A stretch of 57,023 nt of DNA, filler included, from Porpidia crustulata (lineage: Eukaryota), in assembly GCA_964255105.1 (NCBI GenBank). It is 7 parts of 7 records of this genome, joined end to end, with 100 filler letters (N's around TTAATTAATTAA, not from the genome) between each part and the next. Parts side by side here need not be neighbours in the genome. Positions count along the whole stretch, not along the records: positions 32,660 to 40,714 come from CAXUWE010001183.1; positions 40,815 to 48,869 come from CAXUWE010001184.1; positions 48,970 to 57,023 come from CAXUWE010001185.1; 4 more parts are not named here. One strand, written 5' to 3'. A program made the translations under genes and the position numbers. The notes beneath the pieces are model-generated. The model was given only the letters and a program-made list of their open reading frames with translations, searched no databases and was not told the origin of the DNA. Of this stretch, positions 39,116-52,710 are shown piece by piece (position 1 is the stretch's first letter; each line of letters opens with the position of its first letter).

Positions 39116-40271
39116 ATGCCGGATCTCAAAGATCCAATGGTCCAGGTGGCATACCTTGGCCCCCCATCATCCTACACTCATCAAGTATGACTCGTTTCCA
39201 ATCAATGCAAAAAGCTAGAGCTGAGATCAAGTCAGGCAGCTCGGAGCGTTTTAGATCAGGAAAGCCATGACTTCACTTCTAGAAGCTCCATCAAAGGTTC
39301 GCAACATCTAACACTCTATTCAGAACTGCCTCGTTAACAAGTATGAGAAATCAGATGTGTTCACCGCCGTACAAGCCTCTTACGCACAATATGGGGTTGT
39401 CCCATTCGAGAATAGCACGCATGGATCTGTTCTTGACACCTTGAATCTCTTGATTGATCGTGAAAATGACTTTCCTGACATACGGATCTGCAGAGAGGCT
39501 TACCTGAATATTGAACACTGCCTTCTAGGGTACGCTAGCCCCCAGACAATGAACATCGCAACGCACTCCGGAACTTCCACGCCTACAATTAACCAGCCTA
39601 ATCCACAGAAACCTGAGTCACGGCCGCTAGCCAATCTTGACCATGTTCAGCATGTAGTCTCACACCCTCAAGCCTTTGGACAATGCAAAGCTTTCCTTTC
39701 AAGCTACCTCAAAGGGGCAAGGTACGAAGACGTATCTTCTACGTCCAAAGCAGCAGAATTGGCCGCAGGGGATAAATCCAAAACGACTGCCGCTATTGCT
39801 AGTGGACTCGCCGCAGATGTACATGGTCTAGACATTCTTGCAAGATCGATCCAAGACCGAGGGGACAACCAAACACGATTCTTTGTGCTGCAGAAGATCA
39901 CCTCGAATCCCAATCACCAACCTCCTTGGCTCAAGCTTGAGAAATCAATGGTCTCTACGAGTCCTGAGAAATGGAAGACCCTCGTTGCCTTTCACATCAA
40001 TCATCACCATAGTGGAGCACTTGTACATGCTTTGCAAGTTTACGCTACGCACGGCCTCAATCTTACAAGCATCAATAGCCGGCCAAGTCATGTCCATCCG
40101 TGGCATTACGTGTTCTTAGTAGAATTCGAGGGCCGACGAGAAGAAAACGAAAAGGGCCAAGTCAACGAGGCGCTCAAAGCGTTAGGGGAGAGGACTCAGG
40201 GCTGGAAATGGCTTGGGAGTTGGATCGATCGCCTTGAAAACATGGAAGGGGAGCCACATGCGGAGCAGTAG
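39116..40271 (+). CDS. PHA2: Prephenate dehydratase
   Basis: VAYLGPPSSYTHQ (exon 1), GVVPFENSTHGSV, SHPQAFGQC, NQTRF, NLTSINSRP (ACT domain); two 5' introns. Confidence 0.93.
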
Positions 40272-40660
40272 AGAATAGCGTCCGTGTATGGTGAACGTTT
40301 TTGTCTTGAGCCAGATGCCAGCACATTGAAGTAGGCGGAATCGAAACCCGGCGGCTGCGCTTGACCTGAAATTTTGGAGGAACTTGTATGATAGCAAGAA
40401 ACGAAATGTCGACAACCACAGGTGTCTTCAAGAAATTGATAATATCAGGCCTAAATGACCCTGGATGACCATTGTGTATGAGTAATAGGGTTGAAGCCCC
40501 AGGTGCCCCACGTTATTGATCCTTGATAGCTGTGCCACGCTGCCAAGTAATATTGATACCGTTAAAACGTCTTCCATTGTTTCAGTGCCAAGTGAAGAAC
40601 CTTACGATGCTAGGTCTTGAAACAGGATTTCTTATATCGCCTATTACTTGAAAGTACGAC

Positions 40661-40714
40661 TAACGTAATCCGACACTAAACGCACGCCGACACTAAACGC
40701 ACACCCCACCAAAA
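40661..40714 (+). mobile_element. Second terminus of the same pogo/Fot1-like element, cut by contig end
   Basis: TA-ACGTAATCCGACACTAAACGCACG-CCGACACTAAACGCACA-CCCCACCAAAA, with an internal 16-bp direct repeat. Confidence 0.7.
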
Positions 40715-40814
40715 NNNNNNNNNNNNNNNNNNNNNNNNNNNNNNNNNNNNNNNNNNNNTTAATTAATTAANNNNNNNNNNNNNNNNNNNNNNNNNNNNNN
40801 NNNNNNNNNNNNNN
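40715..40814. other. Artificial contig spacer
   Basis: N44-TTAATTAATTAA-N44. Confidence 0.97.
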
Positions 40815-43196
40815 AGTCCTACCAGATCTACACCGCTCAGATTTCGTTACTGACAAGTCCTCAGGCCAGGAGTTTTCTATGCGGAGGATTGATAGATCTA
40901 TATCGGCAATTCGCCATGTCGAACGTTAACGCTTCAGGCAAGGCGCTCGTCCCCACACTTCCGTTTATACTTTGGCCAGCTTCATTCACAGGACGAGTAG
41001 GTACGATTATATTGATTTGTCAATATCCAAGAGCACCACACCTGGGTCCCAAATGCTGCTGCAGCTCTCTAATCATGGATTCCCTATCCAAGTGCCGCAA
41101 CGATTTTTGCGACCCCCTGATGTCACATCGAGTTTTCTCCAATTCAATTTGGAAAGGTCTTCTTGGAGAGTGAGAAATCAGGCGGCCACGTACCTGTACT
41201 ACCAATTATCCGGCAAACTCTTTTTTGTCTTCCATTTTCATTGGGCTTGCAGGAGATGTGTGTTTTCTCACTCAATTATACCTTTCTTCGCTATAACTAG
41301 CGCACTCATTGTGATGCTGTGAAACACTCATAGGTATTCAGGTAGATGCTAGAAGCCTTTGGGAATTGGAGCTGTCGATTGAAGCATAACACGATACAGA
41401 TAGGAACATGAAGCTGCGCTCCAACCCCGCGGTAACATACCTCCTGGTACTATTTATTATAGTGGATCTGGATAACTCTGCTGCGCCGGTTGTGGTGAGC
41501 TTCTTGAATTGAAGTACTATCCTCGTTAGCACAAGTGACCTTGCCCTCATATATTGCCTTGTGCGTTCTCTGACCTCTCTGCCTTCAAGCACTAAAAGCT
41601 GTATCGCTTGTGTGGCCCTTGTAACTACAGCTTATTTGAACCATTTTTGGTGTGTAGCCTCCTATGCAACCTTGCCAACATACCTAGATCATTTATTGGG
41701 ATTGATACCATGCTAGGAAGTTATGTGAACTTTGGGTTCTTTGAGCTTTGCTCGCGATCATACAACTTGTGTGATTGTGTACCATGTAAAACAATCTGCC
41801 GCAGTTACTTACACCGACTAAATATGGATCTCTACAAAGATTTCATGGGCTATTTCTGACAGTCGAATACCCCCCCGTTAGACTGAGAATTGAATGAAAA
41901 GGTGATCGTTCCGAAATACGAACAGGATCATGACTCCTAACTACGAGGGATGAAAGTGGTTTTCGTTTTATGCCAGAAGAAGATTCGAAACATTGAATAT
42001 CTAGAGGTCGAGTCCTTCATATTTGTAGATTCGTGGAAGGGGTCTGGCTCGTTCGGTTCGGTAATCCTCCGTTGTCGGCGGCCTGATCAGTAAAGAAAGG
42101 CATACCGGTGGGCTCCGGGGGGAAAAATTCTGATTTATGCAGCTTAGATTTCCTTTTTCCTTCAAGTACAGAAAGCGCTTTCCATAGTCAACACAGAGGT
42201 CTAGTAATCATATCCAATCGGTTTTTCTAATCCGTGCCCGCCAGTAGTAGATTGGCAATGTTGCTAGGCCACGCAGCTTAGTATCCTTGAGCAGCTCTGT
42301 TTGGGGTATCCTGTAGCAGCGCAACACGTCGAAAATTGAATACCATTGCGCCCAGAATTACTGTGACCTTGTGCTGTCCGAACGCTTCATCACGATAGGT
42401 AGTCGTCTGCTGGTAGAGGCCAAGCAAGGCGTTGCCTCCACCCCTACCAAACGTGACACGTAAATTTAGTTTGGAGGATCAACCACAGGGGTCCGCTGTC
42501 CCGTACTAGCCTGCACTACCTGAACATCTGAACGACGACCGACTTATCTTATACTACCGCGAAGGTCTCGTGCTGAATGCTCCCTAGACTTAACAAAATC
42601 TCAAATGCGTGATCCACGTTCTCGAAGATCCTCCAACCCGAATCGAGGGTATCATCCCTGATAAATCTCGGCTGATACATTCCAGTCCCCCCACACTGTC
42701 ATTTTCTATCACCACCCAAACCTAATCTGGACGGGGCTGCTACCGGTCAGCTCCTAATACCGGCATCATTCCTTCCTCAACCCCTCTGAGCTCTGTGACC
42801 ATCCCCCTCCGTACACTTGCCTCTACGAGGCATCCGAGGGACAACTACTCAGCCTCGTTGTTGGATTCGAGCAGCAACGAGAAGCACGGGAGTCGGCGCT
42901 CCTCGGACTCGGCAAGCTCAGAATTCTCGCTCTGGAGTGATACGGGAGATTTAGCTGAGCAGCTCGCCAACGAAGAGGACCCTCTACAGATTGACATTCG
43001 GGGGTCTATCGACCACGAAGCTCGCGGAGTCTCTGGATCGAGGCCACGAGATCGACCGGTCAAACGTGTGCACTACGCACAGCAAGACCACTTCCACCGC
43101 AAAAATACCAATCCTAGCATCAGCAAAGAGGCAATCCAGATTCCCGAGCCGGCCGCCAGGAAAATCAGCCGAACGGAAAGGATTATCGCTACCATC

Positions 43197-45101
43197 ATGA
43201 CGGGGGACCGACAATCAAGCCATATGCATGGCTTGACCGGAAAGCCACTATTGTACGTCTCTGCTCCTATGAGGCATGGTCGGATGGTGCTGAGTTGAAC
43301 CAGGTACTTTACAAGTGTGTTTGTGTCATTGGGAGTATTTCTGTTTGGATACGATCAAGGAGTCATGTCGGGGATAATAACGTATGTCGTTTCAGGCCAG
43401 GCTTTCTATTCTGCGCTAATCGGCCTGGGTGGTGGATAGGGGTTCCTACTTCAAAGATTACTTCAATCAACCAACAGCAGCGGAGATTGGAACTATGGTG
43501 GCCATTCTGGAAGTTGGAGCCTTCGTCTCATCGCTATGCGTAGGGCGAATAGGAGATATAATAGGCCGACGGAGAACTATATTATACGGATCGGTCGTAT
43601 TCTTTATTGGTGGAGGCATACAAACACTTTGCAACGGCATGCCGATGATGATCCTTGGGCGGATTATCGCTGGTCTAGGCGTTGGTGCTCTATCGACGAT
43701 CGTTCCAGTCTATCAGTCCGAGATATCACCCCCTCATAACCGAGGCAAACTTGCTTGTATTGAATTCACTGGTAACGTGAGTGGTTATGCTGCAAGCGTA
43801 TGGGTCGATTACTTCTGCAGCTACATAGAGAGCGACTGGGCATGGCGTGTGCCTTTGATGCTTCAATGTATTATGGGTGCGCTGCTTTTCGCGGGCAGCT
43901 TTATTATCTGCGAATCGCCGAGGTTCGTAACTAGGATGTACAATTTTTCCTGGGACAACAGCTAATATCCCTAGGTGGCTACTTGATAATGATCACGACG
44001 AAGAAGGCATAGTAGTCATTGCTAACCTTTACGGAGGTGGAGATATTCATAATGACAAGGCGAGACAAGAGTACCGTGAAATCAAGATGAACGTGCTCCT
44101 CCAAAGACAAGAAGGTGAAAGAACGTATGCCGAGATGTTCAAGAAGTATTACAAACGCCTTTTTATTGCCATGTCCGCACAGGCACTGGCTCAGCTCAAT
44201 GGAATCAATGTCATCTCGTACTATGCGCCGCTTGTTTTCGAGTCCGCTGGCTGGGTTGGCCGCCAGGCAATTCTCATGACGGGCATCAACGGTCTCACAT
44301 ATCTACTTTCAACGATCCCGCCTTGGTATCTCGTTGATCGATGGGGACGCCGCGTCATTCTTCTTTCAGGCGCGATCGCCATGATATTATCCCTTTCTGC
44401 AATATCATACTTCATCTTCATCGATATACGTGCCACGCCCCAATTAACTGTCCTCTTCGTAATGATATATAATGCTGCATTCGGCGCATCGTGGGGTCCT
44501 ATACCCTGGTTGTATCCTCCCGAGATCTTACCTCTCAGTATCCGAGCCAAAGGTGCAAGTTTAAGTACAGCAGCCAACTGGGCGTTCAATTGGCTAGTTG
44601 GCGAGATGACTCCAATTCTCCAAGAATGGATCACATGGCGCTTGTATCTTGTACATGCATTCTTCTGTGCTGTCAGCTTCGTCCTTGGTATGTCCATCTT
44701 CCAGACCGTTCTTCTCTTTAATGTATACTCACTTTTACAAAGTATATTTCCTATACCCCGAAACAGCCAATGTTCGTCTAGAAGATATGGACTTGCTTTT
44801 CGGCGATGCAACCACCGCTATGCCAACACCTGCCCAGCATGCTGAAGTCGAGTCTCTGATGTCCGGGGTCGGGTCTCCCGTCCCTTCCCTCGACATCCGA
44901 AGAGGCGCTCCTGGCAACCTTGGCCCCGACAACGCCATTCCAGGCCTCGATATCAACCCACCCAACGTCTCCGTAGAAGACGGAAAGCCCCAGCTCCCCG
45001 AAGAACCTCGCTCCGAAGGTATCGGGGGCTGGATCTCGAGGATGACCAACCGCAGCAAGAAGGATGGACCGTATAGACGGCTGGATCAGGACGATGACTG
45101 A
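43197..45101 (+). CDS. MFS sugar porter (monosaccharide transporter), multi-exon; possible non-AUG N-terminal extension from about 42786-42795
   Basis: GVFLFGYDQGVMSG, GDIIGRR, VPVYQSEISP, ESPRWL, QLNGINVISYY, VDRWGRR, WGPIPWLYPPEI, YPETANVRLE. First in-frame ATG is 43197. Confidence 0.9.
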
Positions 45102-45875
45102 AGGTAACCTCGCAGCCAGAGTCCTTCTTTATGTTTATGCTCCTAGACTAGCTCAACGGAATAGAAGGGCGAGTTGTATCCAGGCGAATTGCACATTTTG
45201 TTTACGGGGGTGCTTGACACTAGAGCGTGATTCCCAGCATCGGACGAGTGTTCGATGAGCCAGCATTGTATTTATCAGACCAAACTACATTGAACATTTC
45301 TAAACCGCTCAGCTCGAATGAGCTTGTGTCCGAATGCTTGTACGAAATTTGAGAAGTCGAGGATGCCAACCTTGGAGGAGATTGAAGTCTCCAATCCAGC
45401 CCAGGCGTTGTGAGGTATATACTCCTGTGTAGGATCAACCACTTCTTCAATCTCACCACTCCTGTTCACCACTCCTATTTTGAAGTAACTAGGTTTGAGG
45501 ACTAATTTTGTGTGGGTGCCAAGATTAGGTTAGCGCGAAGGGATGACCTGCGGGCGCAAGCGCGGACATTTCTGGCGGAGAAGCTGAGGCTGACAACACG
45601 TTGACAGAATTGAAACTTTTACGGCGTCCAGCTGTAAAATACCTTAAGGGAGCCGTCAGTTTTCATAATTTCATCAACAAGCCCGACTCTTGATACGCTG
45701 TCTCCAGTCGTGTCAATTCCACCGTCATGGCCTAATAAAGTTCAATTTCTACCATTCTTTACACTCTTTCAAATTCACCGAGTTTCCCCTGCTTGAGGCT
45801 CAAGATCCCCACGATTGATACCCCTTTTGGTCTTTGTTTGTTCGACATCTAATTCTCCTGGATTCCATTTTCAGG

Positions 45876-48343
45876 ATGTCGTCAAGTCGTGCTACAGGCG
45901 CAGCGCAGGATGGGTACGATCTTAGGAGGAGGAACGTTGGCCCTTCGGAGAGCAATGGAAGCGTTACGTCTCCCCCAACAGAGGTCGATGAGAAAAAGTT
46001 GCAAAAGGTAGGTTCTTACCCCTTCACCGAAAAAGTACTCGCTAACAGCCACTGTCTTGACAGCCTCAATCATCACTTCTAGTAACCCTCGACGAATACG
46101 AGTTCCTTATTGCACCTTTAATCTTTACGGCATTAGCATTCTTCACCCGCATGTACAAGATAGGCTTGTCGAACATAGTGACCTGGGATGAGGCTCAGTA
46201 AGTGGAAATTAATCTGAAAGGCCTCTGCTTTTTAGTTCACGGCGCAAGGGTAGCTGCTAATACCTCTGACCGACAGTTTCGGCAAGTTTGGATCACATTA
46301 CCTCAAAAGAGAATTTTACTTCGATGTCCATCCTCCTCTGGGAAAAATGCTTGTCGGGCTTTCAGGGTATCTTGCAGGCTACAATGGCTCCTTTGAGTTC
46401 AAATCAGGGGACACTTATCCGGAAGAAGTCAATTACACATTCATGCGGCTTTTCAATTCTACGTTTGGCGCACTCTGCATCCCCGTGGCATACTATACCG
46501 CACGAGAGTTGAACTTTAGGAGACCGGCAGTATGGCTGGTCACCGTGATGGTGCTTTTTGAGAATTCCTACGCTACGATCTCAAGATTCATTCTCCTTGA
46601 TTCGATGCTGCTATTCTTCACCTTTACTACCGTGCTCTGCTGGGCAAAATTTCACCGATTACAACATGACAGCTTTTCGCCGGAATGGTTTATATGGCTA
46701 TTGCTCACGGGGCTCAGTATTGGTTGCGTCTGCAGTGTTAAGATGGTTGGACTATTTTGCACAGCTCTGGTTGGAATATATACCATCGAGGACCTGTGGA
46801 ATAAATTCGGAGATCTCAAAATGCCTACAGTAAGTATAAACCAGCTCTTCTCTGCTCGAAGCTAAAATGATCTAGGTCGAATTAGCCTCGCATGTTGTGT
46901 CAAGAGTCTTTGGCCTGATCGTCATTCCATTGCTCGTCTACATGTTCTCATTCTATATCCACTTCCTCGTGCTGGAGAATAGTGGTCCTGGTGATGCGCA
47001 GATGAGCTCCCTTTTCCAAGCAAACCTTAGGGGGACCGAAGTTGGCAAAGACAGCCCACTCGAGGTTGCATACGGCTCCCGAGTCACTCTCAAGAACATG
47101 GGCTACGGTGGTGGCTTGCTCCATTCCCATGTGCAAGTTTATCCGGAGGGATCGCAACAGCAACAAGTCACCTGTTATCACCACAAGGATGCCAATAACG
47201 ATTGGTTTTTCTATATGAATCGAGATCAACCCCTATATGATCCCGAAGGAAATCTTACATTTGTGGCTGACAAGGACGTTGTTCGATTAATTCATTCCCA
47301 GACTGGAAGAAACCTCCATTCTCACGCAGTCTCAGCGCCGGTCACGAAAGGAGATTATGAAGTTTCGTCTTACGGCAATACCACCATTGGCGATGAGAAG
47401 GATCATTGGACTATTGAGGTTCACGACGACGCGGCATCTCGGGATAGGTCAAAGATAAGAACTTTGACTACGTCTCTAAGATTTAAGCACACTTCCCTTG
47501 GATGTTACTTACGCGCTGGCAACGTCAACCTCCCCCAGTGGGGGTTTAAGCAGATCGAAGTAACTTGCGTAAAGGAGAACAAACCATCAGATGTCTATAC
47601 ACACTGGAATATTGAATCACACTGGAATGAGAGACGTAAATTATTCTCCACTTCTTCAATGAGTACCGCCTACTAACACTGCTATGCTAGTCCCCGCTGG
47701 CGACCCGGGATCCTACAAATCTCCCTTCCTCCGTGACTTTATGCACCTCAACGTCGCTATGATGACATCCAACAATGCCCTTGTCCCTGATCCAGATAAG
47801 CAAGACGACCTCGCCTCCCAATTCTGGCAATGGCCTATTCTCAATGTCGGCCTCCGCATGTGCGGCTGGGACGATCATATCGTAAAATACTTCCTTTTAG
47901 GGAACCCACTCGTATACTGGGGAAGTACCTCCTGCCTCCTTGCCTTCGGGGCTTTAGTCGCTTGGTATCTCGTGCGCTGGCAACGCGGTTACGACGAACT
48001 CAAACCGGCGGACATTGACCAGATCCACTACGGTGGCCTCTACCCCATTCTGGGGTGGACTCTGCACTACCTCCCCTTTGTCGCCATGTCCCGCGTCACG
48101 TACGTTCATCACTATTACCCGGCGCTCTACTTTGCCATCCTGACGACGGGGTTCATGGTCGATTGGGTGACGCGGCCGCTGGCGAGGCGGGACAAGCGGG
48201 TCGAGTGGGCTGTGTATGGGGTGCTGTACGTCTGCGTCGCGGGGCTGTTCATCCTCTTCAGGGCGGTCGTGTTCGGCATGGAGGGTAGTAGTTCGCAGTG
48301 GAGGCATCTGAAGTGGTTTCAGAAGTGGAGGATGACTGATTAG
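45876..48343 (+). CDS. PMT2: Dolichyl-phosphate-mannose:protein O-mannosyltransferase, PMT2 subfamily, multi-exon
   Basis: [36 protein letters not shown] domains (LLHSH, NLHSH), [31 protein letters not shown]. Confidence 0.95.
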
Positions 48344-48869
48344 AAGGGGGGGTGTGGTTTAGGAAGGGACGGAAGGGCAAGATGGGGGATCGGAAAAAGT
48401 TATGGGTTGGTGTGTACGATCAGATCGGGAGGGCGGATGGTCTTCTTCTGCCCTTGTTGGTATGTTTTCTCTCATATGTAACGCGGGCGAGACCGGGAGT
48501 ATCTATTATAATCCGTGAAAGGACAGGCAAGGCCAACGGGTGCTCGGTGTCGTGAACGATGTCTCCAAGTCTCGCCGCCTTCGATCGAGTGATTCTCCCC
48601 CGTCATCGTAAAGGATCTGGCTGGTTGGACGTTAAGGTCGAAATAGCCTCCCTTCGACATGGCCGTGGGTTGGGGGGGTGATCCATCGAATTACCTAGTT
48701 GACTATTTGGTCTAATAAGTCACCGACTCCGTCGATGACAGCCACTTTCGAACCCGTTGACCCCAATAAAATACGCACAAGTGCCACCCGAAGAATCGCT
48801 CCAAACGCCTCGCAATGCCTCTGCGTATACCTACCACACGCGCCTCATCTCACCCACACGCATCAACAA

Positions 48870-48969
48870 NNNNNNNNNNNNNNNNNNNNNNNNNNNNNNN
48901 NNNNNNNNNNNNNTTAATTAATTAANNNNNNNNNNNNNNNNNNNNNNNNNNNNNNNNNNNNNNNNNNNN
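48870..48969. other. Artificial contig spacer
   Basis: N44-TTAATTAATTAA-N44. Confidence 0.97.
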
Positions 48970-50010
48970 GGGTGGGGCGGATCCTGCTACGCAACACTGG
49001 ATAATGTGAGTATTCGTATTTAGAGGAGGTACATGGGGGCAAAAGGGATGAGGTAAAGCCACCTGGATATTGGTTGCACCTGGACAGGCACCTGCGACGT
49101 AATGACCACCACTACATGCGGTGGCGGTATTTTGGCAGACACCGGGGCCGTCCGCCGTGGTACACTTGGTAGTCGTTGATTTGACACAACACTGGGCAAG
49201 ATTAGGGTATGTTCAACGGCTTCGTCGGCTTTGATTGGTCCAAGCCAGAGTTGGCAAGACGTTGCTATTGTTATAGACTGTAGCCTTGCTTCTTTGGAAG
49301 ATTGGTCCATAGAATGATCTACCGGAATTCTTGGGAACGAAGCAATATGGCAGATTTTTACAGAGAGCATGGAAAGAGAAACGAGGACAGAAAGAAAAAA
49401 AGGCTGGACTGAAGAAAGCAAGAGATGTTGGATTACCTGATTGGTGCTAGGCCCTGGACAAGCCCCAGCGATATAAGAACCACCGGAACACGATGTACCA
49501 GTATTCTGACAAACACCCGAGCCGGAAGAAGTACTACATGGTACTCCAACGCAACACTGATAGCGTATGAGATTCGAAAGTAGCACCTCTATGTATGCCC
49601 AAAGAGCTTACCTCAACAGTACTCGGGCCAGGGCAAGCACCAGCAACAAAATGACCGCCACAGGTGTCTGCAGTATTCATGCAGACACCAGAGCCACTGG
49701 ACGTAACACATGTCTTCTGGACACAACATTGCACGCCGCTAGGGTCATTGGGGCAGTAGCCAGCCAGATTGAAGCCGTTCTTGGTGCAGCTGGTAGTTTG
49801 CTGGCATGTTCCAGTTCCGTACTTTTTTGGAGGTTAATGTTGCGAGTTGACGGCTCAAGGAGAGGACAAGCGTACAGGCGTTGAGCATGATGAGCCGATG
49901 GAACGGCCGGTCAGAATATCCAATACGCTGTTCGCTTCCAAGTCGGTAGGGAGGGCTGATACAAGAGTAAAGGCTGCAGCGACGCAAGACAAGAGCTTGG
50001 TAAAACGCAT
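48970..50010 (-). CDS. Secreted protein with four tandem 6-Cys repeats; 3' end truncated at contig edge
   Basis: Signal peptide MRFTKLLSCVAAAFTLVSA. Exons 50010-49876, 49821-49612, 49556-49437, 49191-49063 and 48996-48970 splice in frame into repeats of C-x5-6-G-x-C-x4-6-C-x-G-x4-G-x-CP-x6-7-CCV. Confidence 0.85.
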
Positions 50011-51404
50011 ACTGGAAATACTCTGTTGAACGACTGCTCGAATTAAAGATGAAGAATACACCACGAACTGGCTGGCCACGAAAGACAATACGAGCGAAAG
50101 ACTTCAATATATCTCATTCTCGCATTGCAACTAAAACCATGATGGCTGACATTCGATAGCTTACATGATGGTCGATCGAAGATTTAGCTGAAAGCTACTG
50201 TGGTGAGATAGCACTTGCTAAGTGCGCGACTGATGAACATGCCAATCATCGCTTCCCGACCCCAACGACGGAGGACTTTCACAATCTCCTCTGGAGCTTC
50301 TTCCATAAGCAGCAGCACTTCAGCTCACTATTACGACGATTGTAGTGTAGCCTGTACCTGCATATACTGGTGTCATTACGGGCCACGGGACCTCTATTTG
50401 AGGCATAGATGCACAGTAGATCCGGGGTTGAGGGTAGGTAGAGCGGGCGGCCACGAGGTCTACTATGGCAGAAAATCACTGAGATTGTGACCGTAAAGCA
50501 TTCGCTTTCGCATAGAATAGACCGCGATAGCCTCTGACCCATATCTACAGCGTGATGCTGTTCTGCTGAAAGAATCAAGAAGCTGTGTTGACGAGTCTCT
50601 CCCGCCAGCCTTCCAGCCTTCCCCGCTGTGGAATCTCAAGCGAATCGCTACTCCTGCCAAGCCTCCGGTACAAATTAGCGTGCTTCAGGTTGCGCCACGT
50701 GGATTAGGGTTAGGACTTAATCTTATCCGATCAATCAATCCAATACCATCTACCGGCCCACCTAGAATAGGTACCTCTTCGTTGCAAAGCAGTAATATGT
50801 AATGATGGCTTTACAACAATGAATGATTCTGCCCTTTTGTTTGTACGATATAAATATCAGCAATGGGACTTGAGAGATCTGGACATTGGGTATTTGGATT
50901 GTCCTTGGTAACCAATGGAGTTGGAAAAGTATTTGACGCATAGTGCCTTTACGGAGCTAGTTGCCTCTATGACCAGCCGGTATGACCTGGTAACGTCGAA
51001 GATCAAAGGTCAATATTTGGAAGTACAGGGCCCATTCTCACCGTCCCACAGTAGAAGGCCTAGATTTCCAAGAATGATGCCGTAGTGAACAACCCTAGCG
51101 TTGTACATCAGACAAAACAGAAGAGAATCAAGCATGAGATGGGAACGACAATTCTGAAGCTTCGAACCTTGAAAGAAGTATGACAAATAAACCAGACTGA
51201 AAAAGCTGTCCGCTCCACGAATTGCTTCGGCCAACATAATAACCGTAAATCGTGATCTGAACCGTGTGATCAAGCCGTACGACTCGATGCGCGGCAGAGG
51301 CGCGGTGCGAGCTTCGTGGCATCCATGATCCGCGGATGATTGCACTACTTGCAAGCGTCGAATGTGTGTAGCGACCGTGCCCCCAGAATACCCGTGGGCA
51401 GCCC

Positions 51405-52710
51405 CTAGCCCGGAGTTTTCGTGGGCATCGTAGGTAATGGCTTGCCAGTCACCGACTTCGATGCTGGCACACGGGCTATCGCTAGGTCAAAAGGCTTGAG
51501 AATGACAGGCTCGCAACGTCCGAATATGGGCAGTTCGTCATCACTGTCTTGACTCATCATTTCATTACCCCGGAAGTCCCGAACTTCTGGCCATTGTATC
51601 TGTGTATTCTGAGAACTCTCCATGTCGGTCCAATCCTGAGACTTTGGTCGGCCCCGTTTGCTACGGTTCGAGCCGCTGAAAAGCTTTGCAAACCCTTGAC
51701 TGAGGTTCAGATTCGCGAATAGAGGCCGGTATGTTACGGCACATGCACAGAGGAGAGCCAGGGCTAGCTCGATCTGACTCCAAGCATATTCGTTGACTAA
51801 GGATACTAGGCTTCGGTGAGCTTGGATAGAGCATTTTGAATGGAAGATAATTACATGTGAGGTCCTCTTGTTGGAGAATGTCCATGGAGACGACACGCAT
51901 GATTCCAGCAACACAAGAGCTGCGGATCTTAGTAAATGGCCGTGTGTCGGACTTCTATGACTTACAGGCCCCCAAGAAGAAAGATTCCCGACAGCATCAG
52001 CTTCTGTCGTGTTAGTAGCTTCAGTTTCCAAACCATATGCAGAGGCAGATACAAGACCACAGCGTCGAGGCCCAAGTTCGCAACGGTCACCCCTGTATAG
52101 AAGGCTTGCGGATCGATACAGTGATCGGTAAAAAGGAGTGCTGGCTCAAAAGCCGCAGAAAAGGGACGACATTGGAAGATGTCCATAAAAACTTCAACGA
52201 CGAGCCATGCAACACAGGCAATACCAACGACTAATGATATTTTTCTAAACAAAGGTGTAGTGAATATCCGGCGGTAGAGCAACAGAATGGAAATCTTCAC
52301 AGATGTTATTGTAAGTGAATAAGTTGTCATGGCAGCCAAGACTAGCTTTTAAAAGGCTACTATTAGCAATACTCACGAAAGTACAAGTGACAAGAAAGTC
52401 GTACCTTGAGGAATTCAGAGATCTCGGAAGAATTTAACGTTGATATAGGTCTCCCAAACCCTCCTTTGACAAGGACTGTAGACGTGTTCTAGTCATTGAA
52501 AATGTGAGGCTAAAGAGTGTGGATAAACGCACGCAGTATACTAGTAGTCATCATGCCGTATAATGGCACGAGGCTAAGGGCAATAAAGATGTCGTCAACC
52601 CCTAACTTTGCCTTGCACTTTACCCGTGCTGCGAAACGTAAGATAACAGCAGCTGTGTCGATGATACCCACTGCACCGGTGACGAAGTATAAATATGATC
52701 CAGTACCCAT
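51405..52710 (-). CDS. PTH11-like (non-CFEM) rhodopsin-domain integral membrane protein, multi-exon
   Basis: AVILRFAAR...LGVDD, SVKISILLLYRRIF, IFQCRP, DAVVLYLPLHMVWKLKL, IFLLGGL, WSQIELALALLCACAVTYRPLF. Confidence 0.88.

Noticed and set aside
50703..50714. TTAGGGTTAGG as a telomere
   Set aside because: Under two units and internal to the contig.
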